Shown here: positions 53,447-63,653 of the stretch, piece after piece
Layout of the letters: every line of letters starts with the position of its first letter
How positions within the stretch are numbered: position 1 is the first letter of the stretch
NCBI RefSeq assembly: GCF_014889545.1
Contig: NZ_QKOF01000007.1
Coordinates: 55,625-119,624, forward strand
Origin: Methanothermobacter thermautotrophicus
Lineage (GTDB): Archaea > Methanobacteriota > Methanobacteria > Methanobacteriales > Methanothermobacteraceae
DNA: 64,000 bases
Direction of reading: 5' to 3'
Program-made: the position numbers and the translations under genes
The notes under the pieces: generated by a model
What the model saw: only the letters and a program-made list of their open reading frames with translations
What the model was told of the DNA's origin: nothing
The model's database searches: none

Positions 53447-56400
53447 CCATGAACAACACGGCCTCACTGAAGGAGGCTCTGACACGGATAAGGGAGGAAC
53501 ATGGGGACATTGTAAGCATAAAGAAGGTCTATCTTGAGAAATATGAGGACCCGCGTGTTCCCCTGGATGAGGTGGCCGAATACGTCGATGAATCCGACAT
53601 AATACTCGTGGATATAAGGGGCAACGAGAGGATAGGGAGGGAACTTCCAGGCATCCTCAGGGGCAGGGATAAGATCGTCATATCCCTGGTGTGGGGGAGC
53701 AACCACATACTCTCCCTGACATCCATGGGCAAACTTCATCTGGGCGAACTCACTGCAAGGGCGCCCTCAAGGATAGATTCACTTGTAAGAAACAGGGACA
53801 TCGATGCCATAATCGAACTGCACGGTTCAGATGAGATCAGGGATGACCTTGAGAGATGGTTCCAGGCCATGGACTACTATGGGGCCGGCGACCCCGAGAA
53901 CCTCATGAACCTCATACTCTTCCTCCTGGACAGCTACACAGACCTGGAGGTCCCCTTCAGTGACCCGGTGGAGATGCCACCCTACGGACTCTACCTCCCC
54001 TTCAGGGGCTTCTACAGGGACCTCGAGTCCTACAGGAGGGCCTCAAACTTCGACCCGGAGCTTCCAACAGTCGGCATGCTCTTCTACTCAGGGATGCACT
54101 TCGATGATACGAGGCCCCTGGTGGAGGAACTCTACAGTCGCCTCCATGGAAGGGCTAACTGTACCGTGGTCTTCTCAGACGTTGAAAACAACCTGAAGGC
54201 CATCGAGGAGTACCTGGGGGACATGGACCTCTTTGTCAACATGCAGTACTTCCAGCTGAACCGGGGACCCCTCGGCGGTGACCCTGAGGCCACCAGGAAG
54301 CTCCTCAGGAGGATAGGCGCCCCATACCTCATCTGTCTGAGGGGCTATGAAACGGACCTCGACGAATGGGAGGCAGGTGGTGACGGCCTCAACCCCATGG
54401 AGATAGTTCTTGGCATAACACTCCCTGAACTTGACGGAGGATTTGAACCGGTATTCACGGCGGGCATGAGGACCATGGATGACCCTGAACTCGGGGAGGT
54501 CAGGGTTGTTGACGTGGTACCCGAGCGCATGGACAGATTCGCTGCAAGGATACTCAACTGGCTGAAGCTCAAGAAAATGGAGAACCATGAGAAGAGGATA
54601 GGGATAATACTCTACGATTACCCGCCAGGGGAGGCTAACCTTGGAAGTGCAGGCTACCTCGACGTTTTTGAAAGCCTGGAGGTCTTCCTTGGAAGGCTGA
54701 AGGAGAGGGGCTACAGTGTCAGGATGCCAGATGAACCCATCAAGGATATTCTCATGAGGGAGGGACTCATCAACAGTCCAAATTACCATGAATACGGCGG
54801 CCACAGGATCCCCCTCAGTGATTACCTGGAATTTTTCAGTCGTCTGCTAGAGAGGATCCAGGAAGATGTGGTTGCAGGGTGGGGTGAACCACCCGGGGAG
54901 CTGATGGTTGATGGTGATGATATCATAGTCCCTGTGACTGAACTGGGCTCGGTTTACATCTGCATACAGCCATCCCGTGGCATCATGGAGGCCGGCGGCT
55001 ACCACAGCAGGGATACTCCACCCCACCACCAGTACCTGGCATTCTACGCATACCTGAACTCACTGGGACTCGATGCCATCATCCACTTCGGAATGCATGG
55101 GACCCTGGAGTTCCTCCCTGGAAGGGAGACGGCCCTTGGGGGTGATTGTTACCCTGATCTCCTCCTGGGGGAGCTCCCAAACATATACCTCTACTGGGCG
55201 GGTAACACCTCAGAGTCAACCATAGCAAGAAGAAGGACCTACGCCCTCCCGGTGGCACATGCATCACCACCCGTGAGGCACTCTGACCTCTACGGTGACT
55301 ACCAGGTACTGGAGGAACTCATAGACCAGTGGCATGGTGACCCTGATGAGGGACTGAGGGATGAGATAATGGAGAGGGCCTCCCAGCTTAACCTGAGGGG
55401 GGATATCCCTGAGATTGAGGCCGAACTCTTCAGGATGAAAAGGCGCCTGATACCAAGGGGCCTCCACATAATGGACTCGGAGTGGAGCCATGATGACATG
55501 GTCAGCTACCTCCTCGGCGTCCTAAGGTTTGACAGGGAATACCCATCAATCCATTCAATGGTTGCAGAGAAACTTGGACTGGACTACAGGGATTCAAGGG
55601 ATACATCCACTGGATGGGAGATTGAGAGCCGTGCAGCTGAGGTCCTGAGGAGGATAATCACGGGCGAACCCGTAGACCTCCCGGTGGACTACGTTGAATG
55701 GGTCCATAGGCTATCTGAACGTTGCGACTTCAGGGGTGAAAGCAGGGGCCTCCTCGAGGCACTTGAGGGAAGGTATCTGAACCCCTCCAGGGGTGGGGAC
55801 CCTGTCAGGGACCCTGAGGTGTACCCCACCGGCTACTCGATGCACGCCTTTGACCCCATGAAGATACCCTCACCCCTGGCTGAATCAAGGGGAAGGACTG
55901 CAGCCAGGATGCTCCTGGAGGACTACCTTGAGGAGAATGGAAGGTACCCTGAGACCGTTGCAGTGGTTCTATGGGGATTCGAAACCCTTAAGACGGGTGG
56001 AGATACGATCTCAATGATCCTGGAGCTCCTGGGGGTGCGCATAGACCGCAAGTACGGGCCATGGGCGAAGAACATAGATGTCATACCCATCCAGGAGCTT
56101 GGAAGACCCAGGGTTGACGTCCTGGTTAACATATGTGGCATATTCAGGGACACCCTCGGATCCCAGATTGAGATACTCAACAGGGCATTCAAGACCGTCG
56201 CAGCTCTTGATGAGGACCCAGGGGATAACTACATCATCAAGCACAACCTCGAGGATGGGGGGGCGAAGCTTCCCCCAAGAATATTCGGGCCTGGACCATC
56301 AGAGTATGCAAGCACACTCCCTGACATCATAGGAGGCAGTGCATGGGATCATGAGGATGAACTGGCAGCTGCCTACATTGAGGAGATGTGCCACGCCTAT

Positions 56401-56976
56401 CTCCCTGATGGTGTGAGAGAATCCCCTGATGAATTCAGGAGGAACCTCCAGCGGGTCGACCTCGTTGCCCAGGAGAGGGATAACGTTGAGTATGAGGTGA
56501 CAGACCTTGATCACTACTACGAGTTCATGGGGGGCCTCACCTCCTCGGTGCAGAGCCTGGGCGGGTCCTGCAGTATCCGGGTCGTGGATTCAACTGAGGA
56601 TGAAATCTACGTTGAGGGCCTCGATGAGGTTATAGGTAGGGCTGCGAGGTGCAGAATCCTCAACCCGGCATGGCTGGATGGAATGCTTGCCCATGACCAC
56701 CATGGTGCCAAGAACATCAAGGACCGGGTGGAGCACCTCCTGGGGTTCTCAGCCACCACGGGTGCTGTGGATAACTGGGTCTATGATGATGTTGCAGAGA
56801 CCCTCATCCTTGATGATGAGATGAGGAGGAGGATCTCAGAGAACAACCCCTATGCGGCTCTGAGGATGGGCGAGATACTCCTTGAGACGGCTGAGAGGGG
56901 CTACTGGGATGCCCCCGATGAGACCCTTAACAGGATAAGGGAGGTCCTCCTTGGCCTTGAATATGAGCTTGAGTAG
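53422..56976 (+). CDS. cobN: CobN/Mg-chelatase H-subunit-family large chelatase subunit
   Basis: The protein of about 1185 aa from MKRILAVTT has the CobN-like domain order and conserved blocks (HFGMHGTLEFLPG, CGIFRD, E.GLD.VIGRAAR). Start placed at the second ATG of the duplicated unit; the listed 53359 start is an artefactual extension through the duplication. Confidence 0.85.
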   Translation: MKRILAVTTMNNTASLKEALTRIREEHGDIVSIKKVYLEKYEDPRVPLDEVAEYVDESDIILVDIRGNERIGRELPGILRGRDKIVISLVWGSNHILSLTSMGKLHLGELTARAPSRIDSLVRNRDIDAIIELHGSDEIRDDLERWFQAMDYYGAGDPENLMNLILFLLDSYTDLEVPFSDPVEMPPYGLYLPFRGFYRDLESYRRASNFDPELPTVGMLFYSGMHFDDTRPLVEELYSRLHGRANCTVVFSDVENNLKAIEEYLGDMDLFVNMQYFQLNRGPLGGDPEATRKLLRRIGAPYLICLRGYETDLDEWEAGGDGLNPMEIVLGITLPELDGGFEPVFTAGMRTMDDPELGEVRVVDVVPERMDRFAARILNWLKLKKMENHEKRIGIILYDYPPGEANLGSAGYLDVFESLEVFLGRLKERGYSVRMPDEPIKDILMREGLINSPNYHEYGGHRIPLSDYLEFFSRLLERIQEDVVAGWGEPPGELMVDGDDIIVPVTELGSVYICIQPSRGIMEAGGYHSRDTPPHHQYLAFYAYLNSLGLDAIIHFGMHGTLEFLPGRETALGGDCYPDLLLGELPNIYLYWAGNTSESTIARRRTYALPVAHASPPVRHSDLYGDYQVLEELIDQWHGDPDEGLRDEIMERASQLNLRGDIPEIEAELFRMKRRLIPRGLHIMDSEWSHDDMVSYLLGVLRFDREYPSIHSMVAEKLGLDYRDSRDTSTGWEIESRAAEVLRRIITGEPVDLPVDYVEWVHRLSERCDFRGESRGLLEALEGRYLNPSRGGDPVRDPEVYPTGYSMHAFDPMKIPSPLAESRGRTAARMLLEDYLEENGRYPETVAVVLWGFETLKTGGDTISMILELLGVRIDRKYGPWAKNIDVIPIQELGRPRVDVLVNICGIFRDTLGSQIEILNRAFKTVAALDEDPGDNYIIKHNLEDGGAKLPPRIFGPGPSEYASTLPDIIGGSAWDHEDELAAAYIEEMCHAYLPDGVRESPDEFRRNLQRVDLVAQERDNVEYEVTDLDHYYEFMGGLTSSVQSLGGSCSIRVVDSTEDEIYVEGLDEVIGRAARCRILNPAWLDGMLAHDHHGAKNIKDRVEHLLGFSATTGAVDNWVYDDVAETLILDDEMRRRISENNPYAALRMGEILLETAERGYWDAPDETLNRIREVLLGLEYELE

Positions 56977-57219
56977 CTTCATGGCCATCAGAGCAGAAGG
57001 AACTGACGCATTCCCTGGATATGGGCTCCGGGAGGGCCCTGTCACTGGATGTGAAGTTTCCACCCCATGGAGATGATGGTTTTGTAGCTGAAGATGAACC
57101 CTGAAGGGGCACAGAACAGGGCATCAGTGCACATATAATCAACCCAAAGGGTTCACAATTCATATTTAACTTCCTTCAATAAAAAATTTAATATAATATG
57201 AAGAATTAATATAACATCC

Positions 57220-60200
57220 ATGCCATCTGCCCTTGTTGTTGAGGACGAGGCTGTAACCTCACTTGAACTTGTAAGTCTCCTGGAATCCTGGGGATATGAG
57301 GCAGTCAGTGTTAAAACAGGGGAGGATGCCATTGAAACCGCGATCCGGATGAAACCGGACGTCATCCTCATGGACATAGTCCTTCCATCAGATATTGATG
57401 GTGTCACAGCAGCAGGGGCCATAAAGGAGAGGATGGACGTACCACTGATTTTCATCACAGCCTACTCCAGCCGGGATATCTTTGAGAGGGCTGCGAAGGT
57501 TGAACCTGAGGCCTACCTCCTAAAGCCCTTCAACTCCAGGGAACTCGGATACGCCATGGAACTCGCCATCTACAAGAACAGGATGCAGAGCCTACTCTCC
57601 CATACCAGCAGGAGGTACCAGGAGATACTGGACACAACATCTGAGGGTGTATGTGTCTTCGGTGCTGATGGAACCATACAGTACTGCAATGATAGGATGG
57701 CGGATTTCCTATCCATGCGAAGGGATGAAATAACCGGGAGGAAGATATTTGATTTTATAGACCCCCATGACAGGGATACCATGGAGCAGATCCTTGAATC
57801 ATGCAGGAGGGGTTTAGCGGGTGAACATGAGCTCCGCTTCAGGACGGATGAGGGGACGAGGTGGATGATACTCTCAGGCCACCCCCTCATTGAATCCTCC
57901 GGCTTCAGGGGAGGATTCTGCATGTTCAGGGACATAACACCCCAGAAGATGCTTGAGAGGAGGCTCCGGAGGAACAACAGGTGCCTTAAACTCCTTAGCA
58001 GAATCAACCGCGAAGCCGCCATCTCAACCCGGCCCCTGAACCTGATGGAGAGGGTTTCCAGCATCCTCAGGGAGGCAGGATACTCCCATGCATCCTTCAA
58101 GAGAGATGACGGAACTGTTATTGCAGGGGATGCCGGGAAAACAGAGTCACCACCCCGGCCAGGCATCAAAAAAGGGGAAGATGCCTCAACCGCGGTAATT
58201 GAACTTGAAGATTGCAGGACACCCCGCTACCTTGTGGTCTCAGCCCCCAGGGAGATTGATGATGAGGAACTCGGCTTCCTGAGGGAGATTGCATCCAGCA
58301 CAGTAGGGGCCCTCAGGAGGATGGACTCAGAGAGGCGGATGGATGATATTTCCTCAAGGTACCGGGAACTCTTTGAGAATGCCGGTGATGCGATATTCCT
58401 CATGAAGGATTCCAGGATAATCGAATGCAACACCAGGACCCTTGAACTCTTCAATGGAGATGAGGAGGACATAGTGGGCAGGAAACCATGGGAGCTCTCA
58501 CCTGAGCACCAGCCCAGGGGCAAATCCCCAGAGATGGCCCGTAGACTTATTGATAGGGCCATGGCTGGTGAAAAATGTGAATTCACCTGGATCCACAGAA
58601 AGATAACCGGTGAGACATTCCCGGCAAGGGTCACCCTCAACAGGTCAGGCGACATCCTAATGGCCACCGTGAAGGATATGACAGAACTCTACAGGGCCCA
58701 CAGGAGGTTAAAGGCGGAGCACAGGAAATTCAGGGATCTCCTGGAGTCCATACCCGACCCGACATTCGCCCTTGATACAAGGGGGAGGGTGATAGCCTGG
58801 AACCGTGAGATGGAGAGACTCACCGGTGTGAAGAAGGAGGAGATCCTTGGAAGGGATGAGCAGGCCTATGCAATCCCATTCTATGGCAGGAGAACACCTG
58901 GCCTCCTTGAATTCATACTGAACCCCAGTGAGGCTCCCCCAAGGTACCGTAACATCAGGAGGGATGGTGATGCAATCTACGCGGAGGTCCATGTTGAGCA
59001 CATGGGCAGGCACTTCCAGCTCAAGGCATCACCCATCTATGACGTGGATGATAGAACCGTGGGGGCCATAGAGATACTGAGGGACGTTACAGATTACATT
59101 GAAACCAAGGAGAAACTCAGAATATCAAAGAACCGCTACAAGGCAATATTTGAGAACAGGGCCACCCCGACGGCGATTACAGACACTGACTGGAATATCA
59201 CCGGGACAAACAGGGTATTCAGGGAACTCTTCGGTGTTGATGATGGCTTCAATTTAAGGGACCTGGTGGACCGGGATGACCTTCAGAAACTTGAAGAACT
59301 CCAGGACTCAAGGAGGGTACTGGTGAGGATGAGGGGTGTGAGGGGAAAGCTCCATGTGATGGTCCACAGGGGTGATCTTCCAGATTCAGGGCAGATAGTC
59401 CTGAGCTTCAACGACATAACAAAACTCAAGGAGTCCCAGAGGAAACTGAGGGATGAACTTCGCGTTAGGAGGGTCCTGACTGAGATCTACCCGCATGCGG
59501 TCTCAGCAGACGTTCTGGAGGAATTTACAGAGTACATACTAAGCGCTGCATGTGAACTCACAGGTGCAGATGGGGGGATCATAAGGCTCAGGAATGGGGA
59601 TACAGTAACCATCTCAGAAAATTTAGAGTCCATCGAAGAACTCCCAGAACACGATGGACTCTCAGATGATGGTAAAATGATCCACATAACCTCATCATCT
59701 GCAGATATGAGCTCAGAGTTCATACTCACAGGTAAATTCAGCAAAGCTGATCTGAGGGCTTTAAGACACATCTCACAGTACTATATGCTTGCTGTGAAGC
59801 AGATAAACTACAGGAACAGGATGAAGGAGCACCGCAACCACCTGAGGCTCATAAACATCATACTCAAGTCGACTGATACAGACGACCCTGAGGCATTCCT
59901 TGAGGGAGTCCTTGATGCTGTAAGCAGGTGCCCTGAATTCAATGGAGCATCAGCATACCTTGAGCCAGATTTAAAGATTGATAGGGGATTGAGGGCCCCT
60001 GACAGCATTCCGGAAACAGAGGGTATCAGCGTGGATGGAGAAATCATTGAGATACCCCTCAGAGCAAATGAAATAAGGGGTGTCTTGCGGCTCAGGGCAG
60101 CAGAGAGGGGTGTCACAGAAAAAACCGAGTTTCTTGAGATACTCAGGAGAGAAATATCCGATGGAATGCAGAGGATAACCATGCACAATCAGCTCAGGGA

Positions 60201-60810
60201 ATCCCTCAATGAGAAGGAGGTCCTTCTGAGGGAGGTGCACCACCGGGTCAAGAACAACCTCCAGATAGTGGTAAGTCTACTTTCACTCCAGACAGCCTAC
60301 ACAGACAACCAGGAGACCCTGGATGTCCTCAGGGATAGCCAGTTGAGGGTCCGCGCCATGGCGGTTGCCCATGAGAAGATATACAGGTCAAGCAGTCTGT
60401 CCATGATAAACATCGGGGAATACCTCAGGGCGATCGCAGAGGAGATGATCACCCTCCAGTCCGGTGGGGGTCTCCTGGTGGATCTTAATGTCCAGTACGA
60501 CGATATAATGGCCGGGATGGACAGGTGCATCCCCCTGGGCCTTGTGACCAATGAGATCATCTCTAATTCAATTAAGCACGCCTTCACCGGGGATCGGGGC
60601 AGGATAAGGATATCACTCAAAAGGGAGGATGATCGGGGCGTCCTTGAAATATCAGATAACGGAAGGGGGCTCCCTGAGGACTTCAACATTGATGAACTAT
60701 CATCACTGGGAATGCAGCTCGTATCTAACCTTGTGATGCAGATTGGGGGTGAACTGGAATACGGGAACAGGGAGGGCGCCTTCTTCAGGATTACCTTCCC
60801 CCTTGAATGA
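57220..60810 (+). CDS. Large hybrid sensor kinase: REC + multiple PAS/PAC + GAF-like + HisKA_2 + HATPase
   Basis: N-terminal REC (ALVVEDEAVTSLEL...DVILMDIVLPSDIDG...YLLKPF). At least four PAS-like blocks. H-box LLREVHHRVKNNLQIVVSLLSLQ. HATPase (NEIISNSIKHAF, SDNGRGLP). 1196 aa. Confidence 0.8.
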   Translation: MPSALVVEDEAVTSLELVSLLESWGYEAVSVKTGEDAIETAIRMKPDVILMDIVLPSDIDGVTAAGAIKERMDVPLIFITAYSSRDIFERAAKVEPEAYLLKPFNSRELGYAMELAIYKNRMQSLLSHTSRRYQEILDTTSEGVCVFGADGTIQYCNDRMADFLSMRRDEITGRKIFDFIDPHDRDTMEQILESCRRGLAGEHELRFRTDEGTRWMILSGHPLIESSGFRGGFCMFRDITPQKMLERRLRRNNRCLKLLSRINREAAISTRPLNLMERVSSILREAGYSHASFKRDDGTVIAGDAGKTESPPRPGIKKGEDASTAVIELEDCRTPRYLVVSAPREIDDEELGFLREIASSTVGALRRMDSERRMDDISSRYRELFENAGDAIFLMKDSRIIECNTRTLELFNGDEEDIVGRKPWELSPEHQPRGKSPEMARRLIDRAMAGEKCEFTWIHRKITGETFPARVTLNRSGDILMATVKDMTELYRAHRRLKAEHRKFRDLLESIPDPTFALDTRGRVIAWNREMERLTGVKKEEILGRDEQAYAIPFYGRRTPGLLEFILNPSEAPPRYRNIRRDGDAIYAEVHVEHMGRHFQLKASPIYDVDDRTVGAIEILRDVTDYIETKEKLRISKNRYKAIFENRATPTAITDTDWNITGTNRVFRELFGVDDGFNLRDLVDRDDLQKLEELQDSRRVLVRMRGVRGKLHVMVHRGDLPDSGQIVLSFNDITKLKESQRKLRDELRVRRVLTEIYPHAVSADVLEEFTEYILSAACELTGADGGIIRLRNGDTVTISENLESIEELPEHDGLSDDGKMIHITSSSADMSSEFILTGKFSKADLRALRHISQYYMLAVKQINYRNRMKEHRNHLRLINIILKSTDTDDPEAFLEGVLDAVSRCPEFNGASAYLEPDLKIDRGLRAPDSIPETEGISVDGEIIEIPLRANEIRGVLRLRAAERGVTEKTEFLEILRREISDGMQRITMHNQLRESLNEKEVLLREVHHRVKNNLQIVVSLLSLQTAYTDNQETLDVLRDSQLRVRAMAVAHEKIYRSSSLSMINIGEYLRAIAEEMITLQSGGGLLVDLNVQYDDIMAGMDRCIPLGLVTNEIISNSIKHAFTGDRGRIRISLKREDDRGVLEISDNGRGLPEDFNIDELSSLGMQLVSNLVMQIGGELEYGNREGAFFRITFPLE

Positions 60811-60811
60811 A

Positions 60812-62053
60812 CTATTCAACCCTTCCAGCGCCCCTGAGCATCAGGGATCTTTCTATCCTGGCTATGAAGTACTTCATCCTCAGGATCTTATCCGGGCTTG
60901 TGGATACCCCGTCAACACCCATCTCAACAAGTCTCCTGACGAGCATGTAACTGGTTGCAGCGTATCCAGCGGCGTAGACATCCACACCAGCCCCATGACA
61001 GGCGGCTATAACATTCTTCACAAGTCCAAGCACTGCAGGGTGTGAGAGGTTAAAGAGGCCGGCCACGCGGGTGCTTCTGCGGTCAGCTGCAAGGCTGCAC
61101 ATTGTGAGGTCACTCAGTCCGAGGGATATGAAATCAGCGCCGGCCTCCAGGAGTTCATCTATCTGGAGGGCCACCGATGGTGTCTCCACTGATGCCCCGA
61201 CCATTATATCCCTATGGGGTGTGACCCCTGACTCCTCCAGGAGTTTAACTGCACTCACGTACTCCTCCACGTCCCTGAGAAAGGGGAACTTAAGCTGGAG
61301 GTTACTGTAACCCGAGTCCAGGAGGTTCCCGAGGGCCTCGAATTCGGCCATCAGTACCTCAGACTCCTTCAGGTCCCTTGTTATGGCCCGTATCCCGAGG
61401 AAGGGGTTCCTCTCACGGGCTTCGAAGGAGCCCCTGAGATGTGTGAGTTCATCCGCGGGGATATCGAAGGTCCTGAAGATGACGGGTTTAGGGTAGAAGG
61501 CTTCCAGCACCTCCCTGAGTCCCATCTCAAGGACCCCCGCCAGTTTTCCCTCTTTCAGGAGGAGGTGGGGGTGTTTCCCTGTCTCTATGACCATATTCTC
61601 TATCCTCACCGAGCCCACACCATCTGCGAATTCAGCCACCCTCGGTGCCAGCCAGGGAAAGTTTAGGTTTACCATGACATCCGTGGCTGTCTCATGGAAA
61701 CCGGGGGTATCATCAGCCTCCACCCAGTCCATTACTCCACGGTAGATCCCCCCTGTCTTTCCATCAACGGTTACTATCATACCGTCACGGAGGACCTCGG
61801 TGGCAACCTCTGTTCCAAGTACACAGGGTATTCCAAGCTCCCGGAGGGTTATGGCCGCGTGACTTGTGAGGCCGCCGTAGTTTGCTATGACAGCGCCTGC
61901 CCTCCGGATCTCTGGTAGCATGTCCCTGGATATCTTCCTGAAGACCGCCACCTCACCCCATTCAAGGTTCCTGGCATCCTCCAGCTTCCTTATCAGGCGG
62001 ACCCTTCCACTGCTCCTGCCTGCACCCGCACCAATACCCCTCAGAATCTGCAT
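60812..62053 (-). CDS. PEP-utilizing-enzyme family protein (mobile His domain + TIM-barrel PEP-binding domain) lacking the N-terminal nucleotide-binding domain
   Basis: GGLTSHAAITLRELGIPCV phospho-histidine swivel motif. C-terminal PEP-utilizing TIM-barrel blocks (FRTFD, NPFLGIRAI, VMVGASVETP, DFISLGLSDLT). Only 413 aa. Confidence 0.65.
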   Translation of the reverse strand: MQILRGIGAGAGRSSGRVRLIRKLEDARNLEWGEVAVFRKISRDMLPEIRRAGAVIANYGGLTSHAAITLRELGIPCVLGTEVATEVLRDGMIVTVDGKTGGIYRGVMDWVEADDTPGFHETATDVMVNLNFPWLAPRVAEFADGVGSVRIENMVIETGKHPHLLLKEGKLAGVLEMGLREVLEAFYPKPVIFRTFDIPADELTHLRGSFEARERNPFLGIRAITRDLKESEVLMAEFEALGNLLDSGYSNLQLKFPFLRDVEEYVSAVKLLEESGVTPHRDIMVGASVETPSVALQIDELLEAGADFISLGLSDLTMCSLAADRRSTRVAGLFNLSHPAVLGLVKNVIAACHGAGVDVYAAGYAATSYMLVRRLVEMGVDGVSTSPDKILRMKYFIARIERSLMLRGAGRVE

Positions 62054-62525
62054 GTATACATATCTGTCCTATCACAGTAAAATAATATCTTCAGTATGGG
62101 TGAGCCCACCCCATTTTTTATCGGTTCACCTGGTTAATTAAAAAGTTGATAATATCTGCAGCTGCTGATGACGAGGGTCTGAGGTCATGGAATACCTCTT
62201 TAACTGGGTGCACCATTTAAATGTTTCGGTCCCTTTTACTTCATCTACCGCCTTTTTTATTGTTTTGATGGTTTCTGGAAGTTTATTTGTTGTTTATGGG
62301 TACTCAGGAGTGTTTTCCCGGGTTTTTGGAGTATTTTGTGCCTTTGTTTCATTTTTTATCTGTTCTCCTTCTCACGTTACTTTTTATTATATAGTGAGGA
62401 AACAAAACTTTTCGAGGTGATTGGAATGGTTGTGTACATTGTGACAAGGCATGATGGTACGGTTCACTGGATTAAGTCTATGCTAGCTGATGATGTGCTC
62501 GTCTTACCTCATTTAGAAAGACTGT

Positions 62526-63161
62526 GTGGTGAAGTACATGGAAATAAATGACTATGAAATTCTGGAGTCTGAACCTGAGAGGTCCCATGGTGGACAGGAT
62601 CTGGCTGACGGTATCTACAGGGTCTCTGATCTTGGTGAGGAAGAGACTGATATGCTGGTTGAATTTGTTGATAAACCAGAATATCATTACCTCTTTGATA
62701 GTGAGGCCATCAATGAGGCCTGGGCAAGATTTGCAGAGGACTTCTATGATACAAACAGGGAGCTGCTCTGTGATACCGTGATAGGGTACCTCATTGATGG
62801 GGCCCCTGAATTCATAGGGGGCTATTTCAAGAGACTTTACAGGGATAACCAGAAATACATTAAATCCAGATTCGGGTACGATGAAGACCTCATTGCCCTT
62901 ATTGATTTCAACCCTGAGGACCTGAATGTTAATTTTGATCTGCCTGAGGAACTGGATCTGCACAGCTTCAGGGTATCCTTCAGTACCCGAATATTATGCC
63001 CTGCTGAAGAGTACATCACTGATCTGATGGTTGAGGTTTCTGATTATCTTGATTCATCCTGGAAGATCTACATCTTCGAGATACGGGGCGGAGAACTTGT
63101 TAAGGTATACCTGAATAGGGAGTTTTTCCATGGGGACGTGGATAGTGATCTAATAATATGA
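62526..63161 (+). CDS. Hypothetical acidic protein (211 aa) in the AT-rich islet
   Basis: ORF only. Local GC is lower than the rest of the window. Confidence 0.35.
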   Translation: MVKYMEINDYEILESEPERSHGGQDLADGIYRVSDLGEEETDMLVEFVDKPEYHYLFDSEAINEAWARFAEDFYDTNRELLCDTVIGYLIDGAPEFIGGYFKRLYRDNQKYIKSRFGYDEDLIALIDFNPEDLNVNFDLPEELDLHSFRVSFSTRILCPAEEYITDLMVEVSDYLDSSWKIYIFEIRGGELVKVYLNREFFHGDVDSDLII

Positions 63162-63253
63162 ATGCATGCCATTGGCTGCAATGGGCTCATAGCGGGCCCT
63201 GATGGTTATCTGATAATTTATTTTAATGGATATGATGATTTTGAGGTGAAAAT

Positions 63254-63532
63254 ATGATGGACCTATCAGAGCGCAGCATATTAGAGAAACTGGATGAAAT
63301 AAAGAACCCCTTAGACATGAACAGGAGAATAAGAAAGATCTGCAGCACAGATGTGGGACGGGAAGAGGCACTCAGAATGTCTTATTTCTTTGATTGTGTT
63401 GATCGTGAGGTCAAGGTGGATATCCTGAAGTACACCTTTGATTTCCTCTGCCGGCTGGCACCCGATGAGACAGCCTCATATTACATATCAAAGGCAAGAG
63501 ATCACATGTTTGAAATTTACCAGATAGAATGA
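63254..63532 (+). CDS. Hypothetical protein (92 aa)
   Basis: ORF only. Confidence 0.3.
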   Translation: MMDLSERSILEKLDEIKNPLDMNRRIRKICSTDVGREEALRMSYFFDCVDREVKVDILKYTFDFLCRLAPDETASYYISKARDHMFEIYQIE

Positions 63533-63653
63533 TTCTCTGGCGCGGAAAAAACGCAGATAAATGGAGGTGTTACAGAATAAGAAGTGGTTGCCAGTATATT
63601 CCGGATCTCTAACTTCTATATATTAGATCATCATGATCTGGTTGAAAAGCCTC

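Noticed and set aside
54175-54804. 209-aa minus-strand ORF inside cobN
   Set aside because: It is an antisense shadow ORF within a strongly supported 1185-aa CobN coding region.
62187-62420. 77-aa ORF in the AT-rich region
   Set aside because: It is dominated by Phe/Val/Ser from T-rich sequence and overlaps another equally weak ORF (62336-62551), so it is probably non-coding promoter or spacer DNA.
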